A DNA stretch of 64,000 bases from the NCBI GenBank assembly GCA_965644265.1, contig OZ286472.1:34782001-34846000 (forward strand), given 5' to 3'. The notes below the pieces were generated by a model. The model ran no database searches. It was not told the DNA's origin and was given only the letters and a program-made list of their open reading frames with translations. The stretch comes from Glycera tridactyla (lineage: Eukaryota). Positions 13,640-26,910 of the stretch are shown here, one piece after another. Position 1 is the first letter of the stretch. Each line of letters starts with the position of its first letter. The translations under genes and the position numbers were made by a program.

Positions 13640-14950
13640 TGCAGTTGTGTGATTGTGTGACCCACAAGTTGGATTGAGATCATATGATCCTAGGATCTCC
13701 CCATACATAGTCTGGAGGGTGTGCCTGCCCCTGTCTTGATTAACCCTTTGCTGCATGAAAGCCACGACGTTTGGGGCCATTTTTTCACATAAACACGCCG
13801 CGAGAGCACTTCTTGCTAGCATTTAAGGCCATGATGTGTGAGCTGTCACTTGCGTGCATTCACACGACGAGCCAGCGAAGAACATAAGAAATAAGCGTTT
13901 CTTCAGAGGCGCCCCACACTCGCGATAATGGTCAGAAACACACCAAAAAATTCGCCTGAGCAGATTGAAGGATGTTGGAGACGATGGTCACCTCGGATTT
14001 TCGATAGGACATGTATAAATTGTATTGGGCAGCCGGCAAACATGGGGTGTACCACGGGAAAAAATGATGATCGCGCTGAAAAATCACGACTGTGACGGCT
14101 TTTCACTCACATCACGCTAGAAGTATAAGTAATACTGGGAAGAATTTCATACCAAATGAGTCCTGAGAATATTGCGCAGTGTACTGCGCAAACGGTTTGA
14201 CTTTATATTGTATAGTTTTCTCGTGATGGCGAGGTGAAAAATTTGCGTCGCGAGCAAAAGTGAGTGAAAATCAAGATGGCGCCAGTGGACTAACCCGTGT
14301 TTGTTCCGAAATTCTCATCTCCCATTGCAAAATTCGACAAAGATATATTCATCTGACTGCTAAAATACATATACCAATCGATTCCATGGCGCTGAAATAC
14401 GATAGTTTGAATGATAAATCCTGGAAATACAACGTATATCGCTTGAAAATCCATGGTGAAGACGAGTATTGTGATGCGCCATTTGCCGGTTTTGGGCTTC
14501 CTCCTCCAGTCTAGACTCCCACAATTCTTTGCACGGGATGGAGATTCAGGCTTCTCCGGCCTACTACATCATCATTTCTTGTGTAAATCCCCGGAAACGA
14601 CTTAAAACGTCACCACAAGAATGTGTTTTTTGTGATGGTACGCAGTTTATGGCGATATACGGATTGTAAACCCTTCAATTCGGTGTTTCCGTGTAGTATA
14701 TAATCTTTCTCGATCGCGATTTTTCGCGACACGTCCATATGCGTCACGATGCAGCTTATGCGTCAGCTCCAACACGTCCAAAGTTGTCTTATGCGTCACA
14801 TGCAGCTTGTCCAAAGTCGGAAAATGGAGCATGTACAGCTCGTCGTAACACGTCGCATGCAGCAAAGGGTTGGTTGGGAGGGATGGATCTATTGGCCTCA
14901 TGTCTCCTTTTCTAAACCATCTAGAATCATGTAGGGACCTCCACACTGGA
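13640..14950 (-). mobile_element. decayed Penelope-like GIY-YIG 3' fragment split by a MITE
   Basis: Minus strand reads ...DSRWFRKG...PSLPT | NQDRGRHTLQTMYGEILGS, a degenerate RWFERG...LNRDxG...Y motif, once 13744-14869 is removed. Confidence 0.55.
13744..14869. mobile_element. 1126-bp piggyBac-like MITE
   Basis: Perfect 14-bp TIR CCCTTTGCTGCATG; left flank TTAA (13740-43), right flank TTGG; CpG-rich interior with no transposase ORF. Confidence 0.75.
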
Positions 14951-15562
14951 GTGATGTGGCATTAGCTTTGATCCATGCAGTGATCATGTGTTAAACTATT
15001 TCATGCTTATTTCTATGTGTATTTAACTAGCCTCAATTTCTAATTAACTGAACTATCTGACCAATAATTAAAGACACTATGATAACACTTTTACTATGTT
15101 TCCCATTTTGTCATCACTGCAATAATCAAAATTTAAGATTTCATGCAATAGATAGGATTGATAGTATGGGTGGATATGACACCCACGAGCTCAAAAAGTG
15201 TCCCCAAATTGACAACTGCATGAGAAACAAGTAAATCAATCAATCACCCATCCATTGAATGAGGGAAAAAGGGTTCTATAGTTCCACTTCAGCTGAACTG
15301 GTAGAAAGGATGATTGGTGGTATAGAAATTATTTTCAGTGATCCAGAGAAAATATCTTTCATCAGGTTTTTATAAATCATGGACTTGATGTAATCCTACA
15401 ACATTTCCTCCACTCATGTGACTGATAGCAAATATATTTAGGTTCAATCCCACTCTACTCCAAATAAAGTGAAACAAAAACTATCTCCGCAGACAAAAGT
15501 GATCATTCAAAAGAGGTGGTCGCTCGTCGGGGGTTGCCTCCTTACAGGATCCACTCCACAGA

Positions 15563-18500
15563 CAGAATACATCAATGTCACAATTCTGAGTTCAATGCCA
15601 GTATGAAATGATGAGACAAAGAGCAATGCCAATATAGAATACATCAATGTCACAATTCTGAGCTCAATGCCAGTATGAAATGATGAGACAAAGAGCAATG
15701 CCAATATAGAATACATCAATGTCACAATTCTGAGTTCAATGCCCGTATGAAATAATGAGGCAAAGAGCAATGCCAATATGGAATACATCAATGTCACAAT
15801 TCTGAGGTTAATGCCAGTTTGAAAGGATGAGACGAAGAGCAATGCTAATATAGGATCCATCAATGTCACAATTCTGAGGTCAATGCCAGTATGAAATGAT
15901 GAAACAAAGAGCAATGCCAATATAGAATACATCAATGTCACAATTCTGAGTTCAATGCCCGTATGAAATAATGAGGCAAAGAGCAATGCCAATATGGCAT
16001 ACATCAATGTCACAATTCTAAGGTTAATGCCAGTATGAAAGGATGAGACAAAGAGCAATGCTAATATAGGAAACATCAATGTCACAATTCTGAGCTCAAT
16101 GCCAGTATGAAATGAGCAGGCAGAGGGCAATGCCAATATAGAATACATCAATGTCACAATTCTGAGTTTAATGCTAGTATGAACGGATGAGACAAAGAGC
16201 AATGCCAATATAGAATACATCAATGTCACAATTCTGAGATCAATGCCAGTATGAAAGGATGAGACAAAGGGCAATGCCAATATAGAATACATCAATGTCA
16301 CAATTCTGAGTTCAATGCCAGTATGAAATGATGAGACAAAGATATAGAAATATAGGAACAGAGAATACATCAATGTCACAATTCTGAGTTCAATGCCAGT
16401 ATGAAATGAGGAGACAAAGACCAATGCTGATATAGAATACATCAATGTCACAAGTCCAAGCTCAATGCCAGTATGAAATGAGGAGACAAAGACCAATGCC
16501 AATGTAGAATACATCAATTTACAAGTCTGAGCTCAATGCCAGAATGAAATGATGAGACAAAGAGCAATGCCAATATAATATACATCAATGTCACAATTCT
16601 GAGTTCAATGCCCGTATGAAATAATGAGGCAAAGAGCAATGCCAATATGGAATACATCAATGTCACAATTCTGAGGTTAATGCCAGTATGAAAGGATGAG
16701 ACGAAGAGCAATGCTAATATAGGATACATTAATGTCACAATTCTGAGGTTAATGCCGGTATGAAATGAGGAGGCAGAGGGCAATGCCAATATAGAATACA
16801 TCAATTCACAATTCTGAGTTTAATGCTAGTATGAAAGGATCAGACAAAGAGCAATGCCAATATAGAATACATCAATGTCACAATTCTGAGATTAATGCCA
16901 GTATGAAGTGATGAGACAAATACCAATGCCAATATAGAATACATCAATGTCACAATTCTGAGTTCAATGCTAGTATGAAATAATGAGACTAAGAGCAATG
17001 CCAATATAGAATACATCAATGTCACAATTCTGAGTTCAATGCTAGTATAAAATGATGAGACAAAGAGCAATGCCAACATAGAATACATCAATGTCACAAT
17101 TCTGAGTTTACTGCCAGTATGGAATAATGAGGCAAAGAGCAATGCCAATATAGAATACATCAATGTCACAATTCTGAGATTAATGTCAGTATGAAATGAT
17201 GAGACAAAGAGCAATGCCAATATAGAATACATCAATGTCACAATTCTGAACTCAATGCCAGTATGAAAGGATGAGACAAAGGGCAATACCAATATAGAAT
17301 ACATTAATGTCACAATTCTGAGGTTAATGCCAGTATGAAATAATGAGGCGAAGAGCAATGCCAATATAGAATACATCAATGTCACAATTCTGAGTTCAAT
17401 GCCAGTATGAAATGAGGAGACAAAGAGCAATGCCAATATAATATACATCAATGTCACAATTCTGAGTTTAATGCTAGTATGAAATGATGAGACAAAGACC
17501 AATGCCAATATAGAATACATCAATATGTCACAATTCTGAGATTAATGCCAGTATGAAGTGATGAGACAAATACCAATGCCAATATAATATACATCAATGT
17601 CACAATTCTGAGTTCAATGCCAGTATGAAATGATGAAACAAAGAGCAGTGCCAATATAAAATACATCAATGTCACAAGTCTGAGCTCAATGCCAGTATGA
17701 AATGATGAGAGAAAGGGCAATGCTAATATAGAATACATCAATGTCACAATTCTGATCTCAATGCCAGTATGAAAGGATGAGACAAAGGGCAATGCCAATA
17801 TAGAATACATCAATGTCACAATTCTGAGTTCAATGCCAGTATGAAATGATGAGACAAAGATATAGAAATATAGGAACAGAGAATACATCAATGTCACAAT
17901 TCTGAGTTCAATGCCAGTATGAAATGAGGAGACAAAGACCAATGCTGATATAGAATACATCAATGTCACAAGTCCAAGCTCAATGCCAGTATGAAATGAG
18001 GAGACAAAGACCAATGCCAATGTAGAATACATCAATGTCACAAGTCTGAGCTCAATGCCAGTATGAAATGATGAGACAAAGAGCAATGCCAATATAATAT
18101 ACATCAATGTCACAATTCTGAGTTCAATGCCCGTATGAAATAATGAGGCAAAGAGCAATGCCAATATGGAATACATCAATGTCACAATTCTGAGGTTGAT
18201 GCCAGTATGAAAGGATGAGACAAAGAGCAATGCTGATATAGGATACATCAATGTCACAATTCTGAGGTCAATGCCAGTATGAAATGATGAGACAGAGACC
18301 AATGCCAATATAGAATACATCAATGTCACAATTCTGAGTTCAATGCTAGTATGAAATGATGAGACTAAGAGCAATGCCAATAAAGAATACATCAATGTCA
18401 CAATTCTGAGTTCAATGCCAGTATAAAATGATGAGACAAAGAGCAATGCCAACATAGAATACATCAATGTCACAATTCTGAGTTTACTGCCAGTATGAAA

Positions 18501-18890
18501 TGATGAGACAAAGAGCAGTGCCAATATAGAATACATCAATGTCACAAGTCTGAGCTCAATGCCAGTATGAAATGATGAGAGAAAGGGAAATGCTAATATA
18601 GAATACATCAATGTCACAATTCTGAGCTCAATGCCAGTTTGTAATGATGAGACAAAGACCAATGCTAATATAGTATACATCAATGTCACAATTCTGAGTT
18701 CAATGCCAGTATGAAATGAGGAGATAAAGAGCAATACCGATATAGAATACATCAATGTCACAATTCTGAGTTCAATGCCAGTATGAAATGAGGAGACAAA
18801 GAGCAATACCAATATAAAATACATCAATGTCACAATTCTGAACTCAATGCCAGTATGAAATGATGAGCCAAAGAGCAATGCTAGTATCGA
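15563..18890. repeat. 72-bp tandem repeat array (about 46 units)
   Basis: Unit GAATACATCAATGTCACAATTCTGAGTTCAATGCCAGTATGAAATGATGAGACAAAGAGCAATGCCAATATA; minus-strand frame reads (IELRIVTLMYSILALLFVSSFHTG)n; all three plus frames contain stops in each unit. Confidence 0.98.
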
Positions 18891-21388
18891 ATGAAGACAC
18901 AATAATATGGGGGTTGAAACCTCAGAAATATATGCTCAGTGTCAGTATTGATATACATCTGCAGGCCCCAATGCTGAGGTACTGAAAAACAAGCAATTTT
19001 TTTCATAGAGATGAACCAGGGCCCCACATGCAAAATAGAGATTCATCATCCAGTTGGGAATCTGTATTTTTACTCTGCTATGATTACAGCCAGCCATGAT
19101 GAGTTTACCAAATTAGTGAAAACAAAAGTGACCTACATGTGGCACTCAGGCCTCTATGTTTCTCAGTTCATGTCACATTCCCATGTCCATTATGTTGCTT
19201 TGCTGTGATGTGCAAAAGGAATGAAGGATGTATCACAGCTGGAAGGCTGGGCAGCAACTAAGAGTCATACACGGAATCTNNNNNNNNNNNNNNNNNNNNN
19301 NNNNNNNNNNNNNNNNNNNNNNNNNNNNNNNNNNNNNNNNNNNNNNNNNNNNNNNNNNNNNNNNNNNNNNNNNNNNNNNNNNNNNNNNNNNNNNNNNNNN
19401 NNNNNNNNNNNNNNNNNNNNNNNNNNNNNNNNNNNNNNNNAGACAGACAAACATACAGACAGACACAAGGGCCTAAGAGATGAAGCAAATGCATCTCCTA
19501 AAGAGGGAGTGTTGATCTTGAAATCTGGTAAAATTTTGAAACAATACCAGAGATGGCCAAGGAAACATCTGTGATATTAAGGTAGTATAAGATCTGCACA
19601 AAACGAATTCATCTATCTCCATGAACACCTTCCACTTGATTTTGATAAGATTTCCCCTGAACTGAGACCAACACAGCAAAGATTGAAGACAAAACTGTGA
19701 AGATTCCAGCACATGTTCACAGCCGAGTGGCTCTTGGATCGGTCTCCGGAACATCTGACATGACATTCTCATCAGCAGAGTTGTAACGATACCAGCATCT
19801 GATAGGATGCTCTTCTCCTATCATCTTCTCTGCATTCAAACATCATTGCATTCTGCTGAGTCATCACTGTACTTCATCTCATTGCTTGTAACATTCTCCA
19901 AATCTCCTGCCAGTTGATTGAAATAATTGTCCACTTGTAGAGTATTCAATGGCCCAAACATATTGAATCAGTCAAAAAAGGTGAAATCATCCAAATTCAC
20001 CTCCTTGCATATGTCATCATCACCAATTCTCTTCTTTGCAGAATTGCCAAATTTTGAGTGCTGTCACGAACATTTCAACTATGGGGAAGTGATCATCTCA
20101 TTTTCGATGCTGATTTCCGAACAATGCAGGTTTTTTTATTAGTGTCATTTGCTCATACAAATCAGTCCCCTCATCTCTGTATGATCAAGCCTTGTGAGAT
20201 CACATGGAAAGACTATCACATGGAATATAACAACCTACTCCAGTACAATTCTGTTTGTGTGGACCATTTATCCTGTCTGCTAGTGAGTCATAACTGGGGT
20301 TATATTGCTGGTAATGTATCGTTTTTGAGGTGTCTCTTATGGTAGATTTCATTGCATCTCAGTTGAATATCCCTTTTGTTAGGCTCGACAGTTTCAATGA
20401 GATTAGCCAATATCTGAATCCCAAATATCCACTAATAACCAACTTGAGATGAATGACAATCTCAACAAAATCATACAAAAGTGAAGCCGTTCAGTACCTG
20501 ATAAAAATCATATGCTATCAACACTCGTACCTACACACACTTTCACACANNNNNNNNNNNNNNNNNNNNNNNNNNNNNNNNNNNNNNNNNNNNNNNNNNN
20601 NNNNNNNNNNNNNNNNNNNNNNNNNNNNNNNNNNNNNNNNNNNNNNNNNNNNNNNNNNNNNNNNNNNNNNNNNNNNNNNNNNNNNNNNNNNNNNNNNNNN
20701 NNNNNNNNNNNNNNNNNNNNNNNNNNNNNNNNNNNNNNNNNNNNNNNNNNNNNCACACAGGCACACATGGATGGATGTAGCTGATGTGTGATTAAGAGGT
20801 ATTTGTTATGGTACAACAACATTCATCATGCTACCTGAAAAAGAGCAAAGTACTGGAGGAAGCCTGGGTCAAACAAACACCATATACATGTACTGTACAT
20901 GTTTTACAGGATATTTCATCATTTCTCCAGGCCAGGTGCAGTGAGCAGCCAGTGACATCTATTCCAAAAGAAAGATACATGTATACTCTGCTCTCCTGGG
21001 ATTCTTCTAGGATGAGAATCTTTTATCAGATTGTTTCAACAAAATCGAAATAATTCTAGCAATTCAGAAAGCCTACACCATATCAATTTGTATTGCCAGT
21101 AGATGAAATTAAGAGGATTTTCCATCTACTGTGAAATATCATCAGAACTACCATCTCTCTGCCATCAGGAATGAAAATTCACTTTAGCAAATCATCCTAA
21201 TAAATCAAATTTCTCTTCTGCATTTGGCTCTACTGATTAGCAATAGCTCAATGTGACAAAATAATATAATCTTTTTTTACATATATATGTACATGTTCTG
21301 GGCTGAAGGTTATGACTTCCCTCATCAATATTCATGGACATACAAAGTGAGTTACTATTGAATATCAACTTGTGCCTCATGGCTTTTA

Positions 21389-21580
21389 TTTGTTTGTATG
21401 TTTGTTTGTTTGAGATTCAACAGCATGTATCAACCTATGACATGCATTCCAGGTCAAGGAAAACTGGATGTTCTCTTCCCTCCAGACATCTCTCTCACAA
21501 GCCCCTAACACAAAATGATGGGGAACCTAGAAGTTTGTCAAGTGGAAGTGGCGGACACATCAGACAGTGCCCCACTGACC
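21389..21580 (-). mobile_element. old SINE-like repeat with (AAAC)n tail, copy 1
   Basis: Starts with (GTTT)n on plus; body (ATGTTCTC...CCCT...ACACAAAATGATGGGGAACC...GTCAAGTGGA...CAGACA) aligns with 37511-37705 and 56162-56355. Confidence 0.55.
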
Positions 21581-22720
21581 TAGACTATTGTGATTTGTCC
21601 TCTCAATTATGAAGATTGATATAGAAGAAGATGTAAAACAAAGAAGATATCCAACACATGTGTGAGGGCAACTTACTCTGGGGCATCTTGTCAGATTCTG
21701 AGGTGAAGCACAGTGGCCTAGGTGTAAGGCTGTTCTAATCTTTATATTATATTATATGATCGGAGCTTTCCTGTGTGAGGCGCTGCCACTTACCGCCAGC
21801 TTATCAGTGTTTGACCTTCACATATCCACCTTCACACACTTGAAGGTTTCTTCCCATGTGTGATCATTTCTTCAATTCACAGCTCATGTGAGTGACCTAT
21901 GAATAGGAGAAATTTCCGCATCATAGGCTTTCTCCTATATAGCAATCTACCTTCAAAATTCATTCAATTTTGAATACCACACAAGAAAAAAGACATGATG
22001 ATGAGCAAATTCATTGTTTCCTTCTTCAATTGGGTTAAACACATGACACTGTCTATCTGATCTATGGGGACAGAATCAGCGAAGAAACCCGGAATATCAC
22101 AGAAGAATTCGGAATATGTACCTCACATTCAATAAAAGTATATAGGGTCAATCATATTGCGGTATTTGCCATGATTTTGTTGATTTGGCTTGACCAGTGG
22201 TTGCTGGAGTTGAGTCTGGCGGCAACCTTCTTGATGCCACTTGATGGGATTGCCCATAACCCTTCATCTCTTCATCACCTGGCTACTGTGATGATTGCAT
22301 CCAACACACGTCACCTTCAGCTCTGTCACCTCACCTACCCACATCCTCACTCATAAATATTGTTGCTTCATTTGATGTATGAGGCCTCAAAATCAAAATA
22401 ACATGCGAAATGATGGAGTGATCTACCATGTAAAACAAATAAATTATCCCAAATCTTGAAATGGAAAAAAGGGAAAAAATTGAATGTAGCGAATTGGTGT
22501 TTTCATTAAGGTCACTATATATATTTGATGCTATTCTGTAGTGCCTTCCCCATGCAGTGCTACAAATTCCAATCAGAGACCTGGTGTATATCGTTGATAT
22601 AATTACTCTAGAAGACATGATTTAGGATGACTTTTATGCAGGATTCATGGGGAGGATCGCCAAATCATCACTCAGATAGCTTTCAAGAAATGAAGCCATG
22701 CTTTTTCATCTTTTCAAATC

Positions 22721-23091
22721 CCTGGTGTATGGCACTCCAATAAATGCCCACGCCTGGTGTATGGTGCGCCAATGAATGCCACATGCCTGTAGTATGGCAT
22801 GCCCATAAATGCCACATGCCTGTTGTATGGCACGCCTATGAATGCCACATGCCTGGTGTATGGCATGCCAATGAATGCCACACGCCTGGTGTATGGTGTG
22901 GCATTGAATGTAACACGCCTGGGGTATGGTGTGTCAATGAATGTCACATGCCTGGTGTATTGCCCACAATGAATACCACATGCCTGGTGTATTGCCCACC
23001 AATGAATTCCACATGCCTGGTGTATTGCCCACTAATGAATGCCACATGCCTGGTGTATTGCCCATCAATGAATGTCACATGCCTGTTGTAT
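22721..23091. repeat. 33-bp minisatellite (about 11 copies)
   Basis: Unit GCCACATGCCTGGTGTATGGCATGCCAATGAAT; explains the 11-aa-periodic ORFs at 22714-22947 and 22744-23274. Confidence 0.95.
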
Positions 23092-24720
23092 GAACGCCTG
23101 ACAGCTGGGGCTCAGAGGGCTAATATATGCCAAACACCAAAAAAGTTACCCAAAATGACATATACTGCCAAAAACATTTTTGGGATATCCTTGGATTCAA
23201 ATACTGATATGCTTTTTCAGTCATCACTGATGCATGCAGTAGAAAGTTCATTTGAGTGTGGGGGGTTGAAGTAGAACATTCACCTTGGGAGTTAGCAAAA
23301 TGAGCCGGGTTGATGACATTCTTCAATGCAGCTTTAGGGTCTCAATAAACACTCCCTTAATATTAGCCTGATTATACATGGCTCATCATTACGCCAAGCC
23401 ATACACCCCCCACCAGCCATTTGCAAACCACTTGGTGGCTGTGCTCAAACATCAAGTGTTGACTCGCAAGTCACTGGAGGAAATATATCTATTCACCAAT
23501 ATCCCTCATCACACTTCCAATTATTAGCATTATTTCTAATTTGATCCAACAAAATGAATGTGCCATGAGGTTGACAATCTAAAAGGTATGATTTAGAGAG
23601 AGAAAATATATGAAGAGAAGAAACTGTTGTTTTATCGGGAAGTTGTCTCGGTGAAAAGGTAGTTAATATTCCTAATGTATAGTAAATGATGCCAATCAGA
23701 CTGGGCTTTGAGACGACAAGCATCTGTTCAAAGGGCAGGCACAAAAGGTCCTTGATTCCAGACCTCAGTGATCTTGGAATTGGAATCAGTAATCATGTTA
23801 ACCCCAATTTCTCCTTTATTTCTCCCGAATTTCATCCGAAGATCTCATTCTCCTGTCAATTTACAGGTGATCATAACAACATCACGTGACATGATCCTAT
23901 CAATGCTGTCACGTGACAACACTACTACTTTGCATTTGCCAAGAGCTGATGAAATAGCCTGGTGTCATCTCTGAAAGATTCGGAATGAAATCTTTATGAA
24001 ATCCACATAATGTGACAGGAGGATCACATTATATAATCTTGAGAGAATTTCCATCCACACGGTCACCCTGAAACATGATTAGGGTATTTCAGCTCCGGAC
24101 CATATAACATCCATCACCCATGTCATATTCTTGATAAAACAAGTAGGCACTGCGGCGCTGAATGAGGTGTCATCATGAGAAAGGTCATCTCTCATCAGAG
24201 CTATCTCTACACCAGAGATAGAAGAATAAGCAAAAGGTGGCTGGCAATCACACACTGGCTCTTAGTAATATCATCTCTTTTTATTGACTTCTCTATCACA
24301 TACACGAAATGTTACAATGCTTCACAACTGTCATATCTGAGTTGGTAGCAATCATGAGCAGCAGAGCTCCATCAAAAGTAAAGTCAGGTTGGATTCCTCA
24401 ATGAATAAACATTGCTTTAATGAATAAATGTTTCTATTCACAACCAAGGTATTATATGCCTCACCTGTAACTTTGACATTTCAAACCCATACCACTGCCT
24501 AGTGGACAACCATTCCAAAGATGGCTACTGACAGTAGCCAAAACATCAAAGTTACCAGTAGGAAATAGTAATTATCCCGGTTGTGGAATAGAAATGTTTA
24601 TTCATTGAGCAGCAGAGTTCCTACCAATACATTGCATTGTAATCTTTTCAGTCATATATCATCATTAGGAAAGATGTATAACACAACTCCAGATATGAAT
24701 GCAACACTTCAAAAGTGAAT

Positions 24721-26910
24721 GTTCATCTGAATATATGCAGTCTTTATACTCGTAATAAGACAGCATGTGCTATCCAAAAATGACATTGACTTAATTTTCA
24801 TTTCAGCAAGTTGGTTAAGGACTGATATCATGAACAATAAAATTTCAATGAATGTCTATAATCTATTGAGAAATGACAGAACACAAGGAAGAGGTGGTGG
24901 TGCACTTCTATAACAAAAGAAACAAGGCATCAGTGATGCGGGGTCCCCCGCCGATGTGGGACTATGACAGTGAGCACCTCTGCTTCCTGAACTGCGCAGA
25001 AAAAATGTGTTGGTTTTCTTCATATGGGGTCGACAATGTGCATGCCATTATGGAGTGTTTCAAGTATGCCCATGGGCAGCCCAGCATTTGCCCAAGCCCA
25101 GAATAGATGTGCCAGTGCACATATGAACAATGAGAAAGATCAATGAGATTTGATTTGGTATGAATCAGTGCATTTGTTTTGAATACATGGGTTCTGCACA
25201 GCGCATACCATCCTGAAGTGTTTGAAGCTCTTCAAGAAGATGCTTCCAGAAAGGTTGATTCAGTGTGGATTGGTGCAGCAGTCCACACTACATGGGTTCC
25301 TATAAGTCCATACCATCGACCATTTTAAATGTCAATGGGCAGCCCATGCTACCCATCACTTGCCCAAACCCATGATAAAGATGTCAGTGCACAGCTACAC
25401 ATCAAGACACTTCAGGGAAAGTTCATTCGATGTGGAGCGGTGAAGCCGTTTTAGAGAGATGAGTTCCATCAAGTCCAAATAAGAGTGCATGACATATTGA
25501 AGTCCTTCAGATATTTCAACTGCCCATGTGCAGCCCAATGCATGTACAAATCTGTAATAAATCTGCCAGTGCATACCTACACATCAGGACGCTTCAGGAA
25601 AACTTTATTTTGTGTGAATCGGTGGAGCCATAGTGGAGATATGAGTTCTGCAAAGTGTGGATGGGAGTGCCTAGCATTCAGACATTTCACCTGCCCATGG
25701 GCAGCCCATCACATGGCAGAAGCCAGAATAAATGGGCCAGTGCACACCTACACATCACGGCACTTCTAGGAAACTTGATTTGGTGTGAATCGGTGCAGCC
25801 ATAGTGGAGATATGAGTTCCACAAAATCCTGATGACATCCTGAAGTTTTTCACATTTCACCTGCCCATGGGCAGGCTATCACATGCCCAATTCCAGAATA
25901 AACATGACAGTGCACACCTACAGATCAAGACGCTTCCAGGAAACTTGATTTGGTGTGAATCGGTGCAGCCATAGTGGAGATATGAGTTCCGCAAAATCCT
26001 GATGACATCCTGAAGTTTTTCACATTTCACCTGCCCATGGGCAGGCAATCACATGCCCAAATCCAGAATAAACATGCCAGTGCACACCTACACATCAAGA
26101 CGCTTCCAGGAAACTTGATTTGGTGTGAATCGGTGCAGCGGTTCCAGAGATACAGGTTCCACAAAGTTGGCGTGCCCGGACGGACACCGGACGGACACCG
26201 GACGGACAAGGGACGCACGGACGGACGGAAGGACGGACGGACGGACAGACGCCCACTATTTTATAGTCCCCCTTCCGGTGTTCCGGCGGGGGACAAATAT
26301 ACATGCCAGGTATGTACAGAACAGACTTTAGAATCAAGACATATTGAAAGCCTCGCAGTCCCTCTCATACTTGCTAAGACAAGAGAGATCTTCATGATTG
26401 GCATATACCAACCTTCTGGTGGCAAAATAGCAGAGTGCATTGAAAACCTGATTCAGAAACAAAACCACTATTCAGATGGGCGAGTCTTTCTAGTTTAAAC
26501 TCATACATAAACACTCTGACAAGAATCATTGAACACTTGACAACATGCATAGATCTTGTTTTCTGTAATAGACCGGAAATAGTTGACAGCATTGGACAGT
26601 CAACAGGTAAGCTCTATGCCCTGGGCAGAATCAGGGTAAATATAAATAAAGAAATGGCCCTCTAACTGTATAAGTCACTACTTCTGCCTGTAATTGAATA
26701 TGGTTGTGTCATATATAATCTAGCCAGTAAGAATTCTCTTCAAAGGATCTAAAATTCAGCTTGTCGTATTATTCTCCTAGCCGATAGATCAACCAGTACC
26801 TAGCTTATGCATGGTCAACAAGAACTGTTGTTCCTTGATGAGAGGTGACTTTATCATACCTGTGTGTACCTACTCACCTGCAAGAGATATTCAGTATAAG
26901 AGATTTCTGT
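24721..26910 (+). pseudogene. decayed, internally deleted CR1/L2-group LINE ORF2 split by a HINE
   Basis: 24721-24920: VHLNICSL / DIDLIFISASWL...YNLLRNDRTQGRGGGALL* (APE motifs); 26298-26600: IESLAV...IGIYQP...TTCIDLVFCNRP; 26605-26860: KLYALGRIR...LYKSLLLPVIEYGCVIY...LQRI*NSACRIIL (post-RT C-terminus); several stops and frameshifts. Confidence 0.8.
24921..26297 (+). mobile_element. complete HINE-like element, family A copy 1, with 170-180-bp internal repeats
   Basis: Starts AACAAGGCATC; subterminal GTCCCCCGCCG is complementary to 3' CGGCGGGGGAC; (GACG)n then a GTCCCCC...GGGGGAC hairpin; inserted in an A-run with no TSD. Confidence 0.85.

Noticed and set aside
22744-23274. Cys/Tyr-rich 176-aa ORF
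   Set aside because: Product of the 33-bp minisatellite; both strands are open, with no unique domain.
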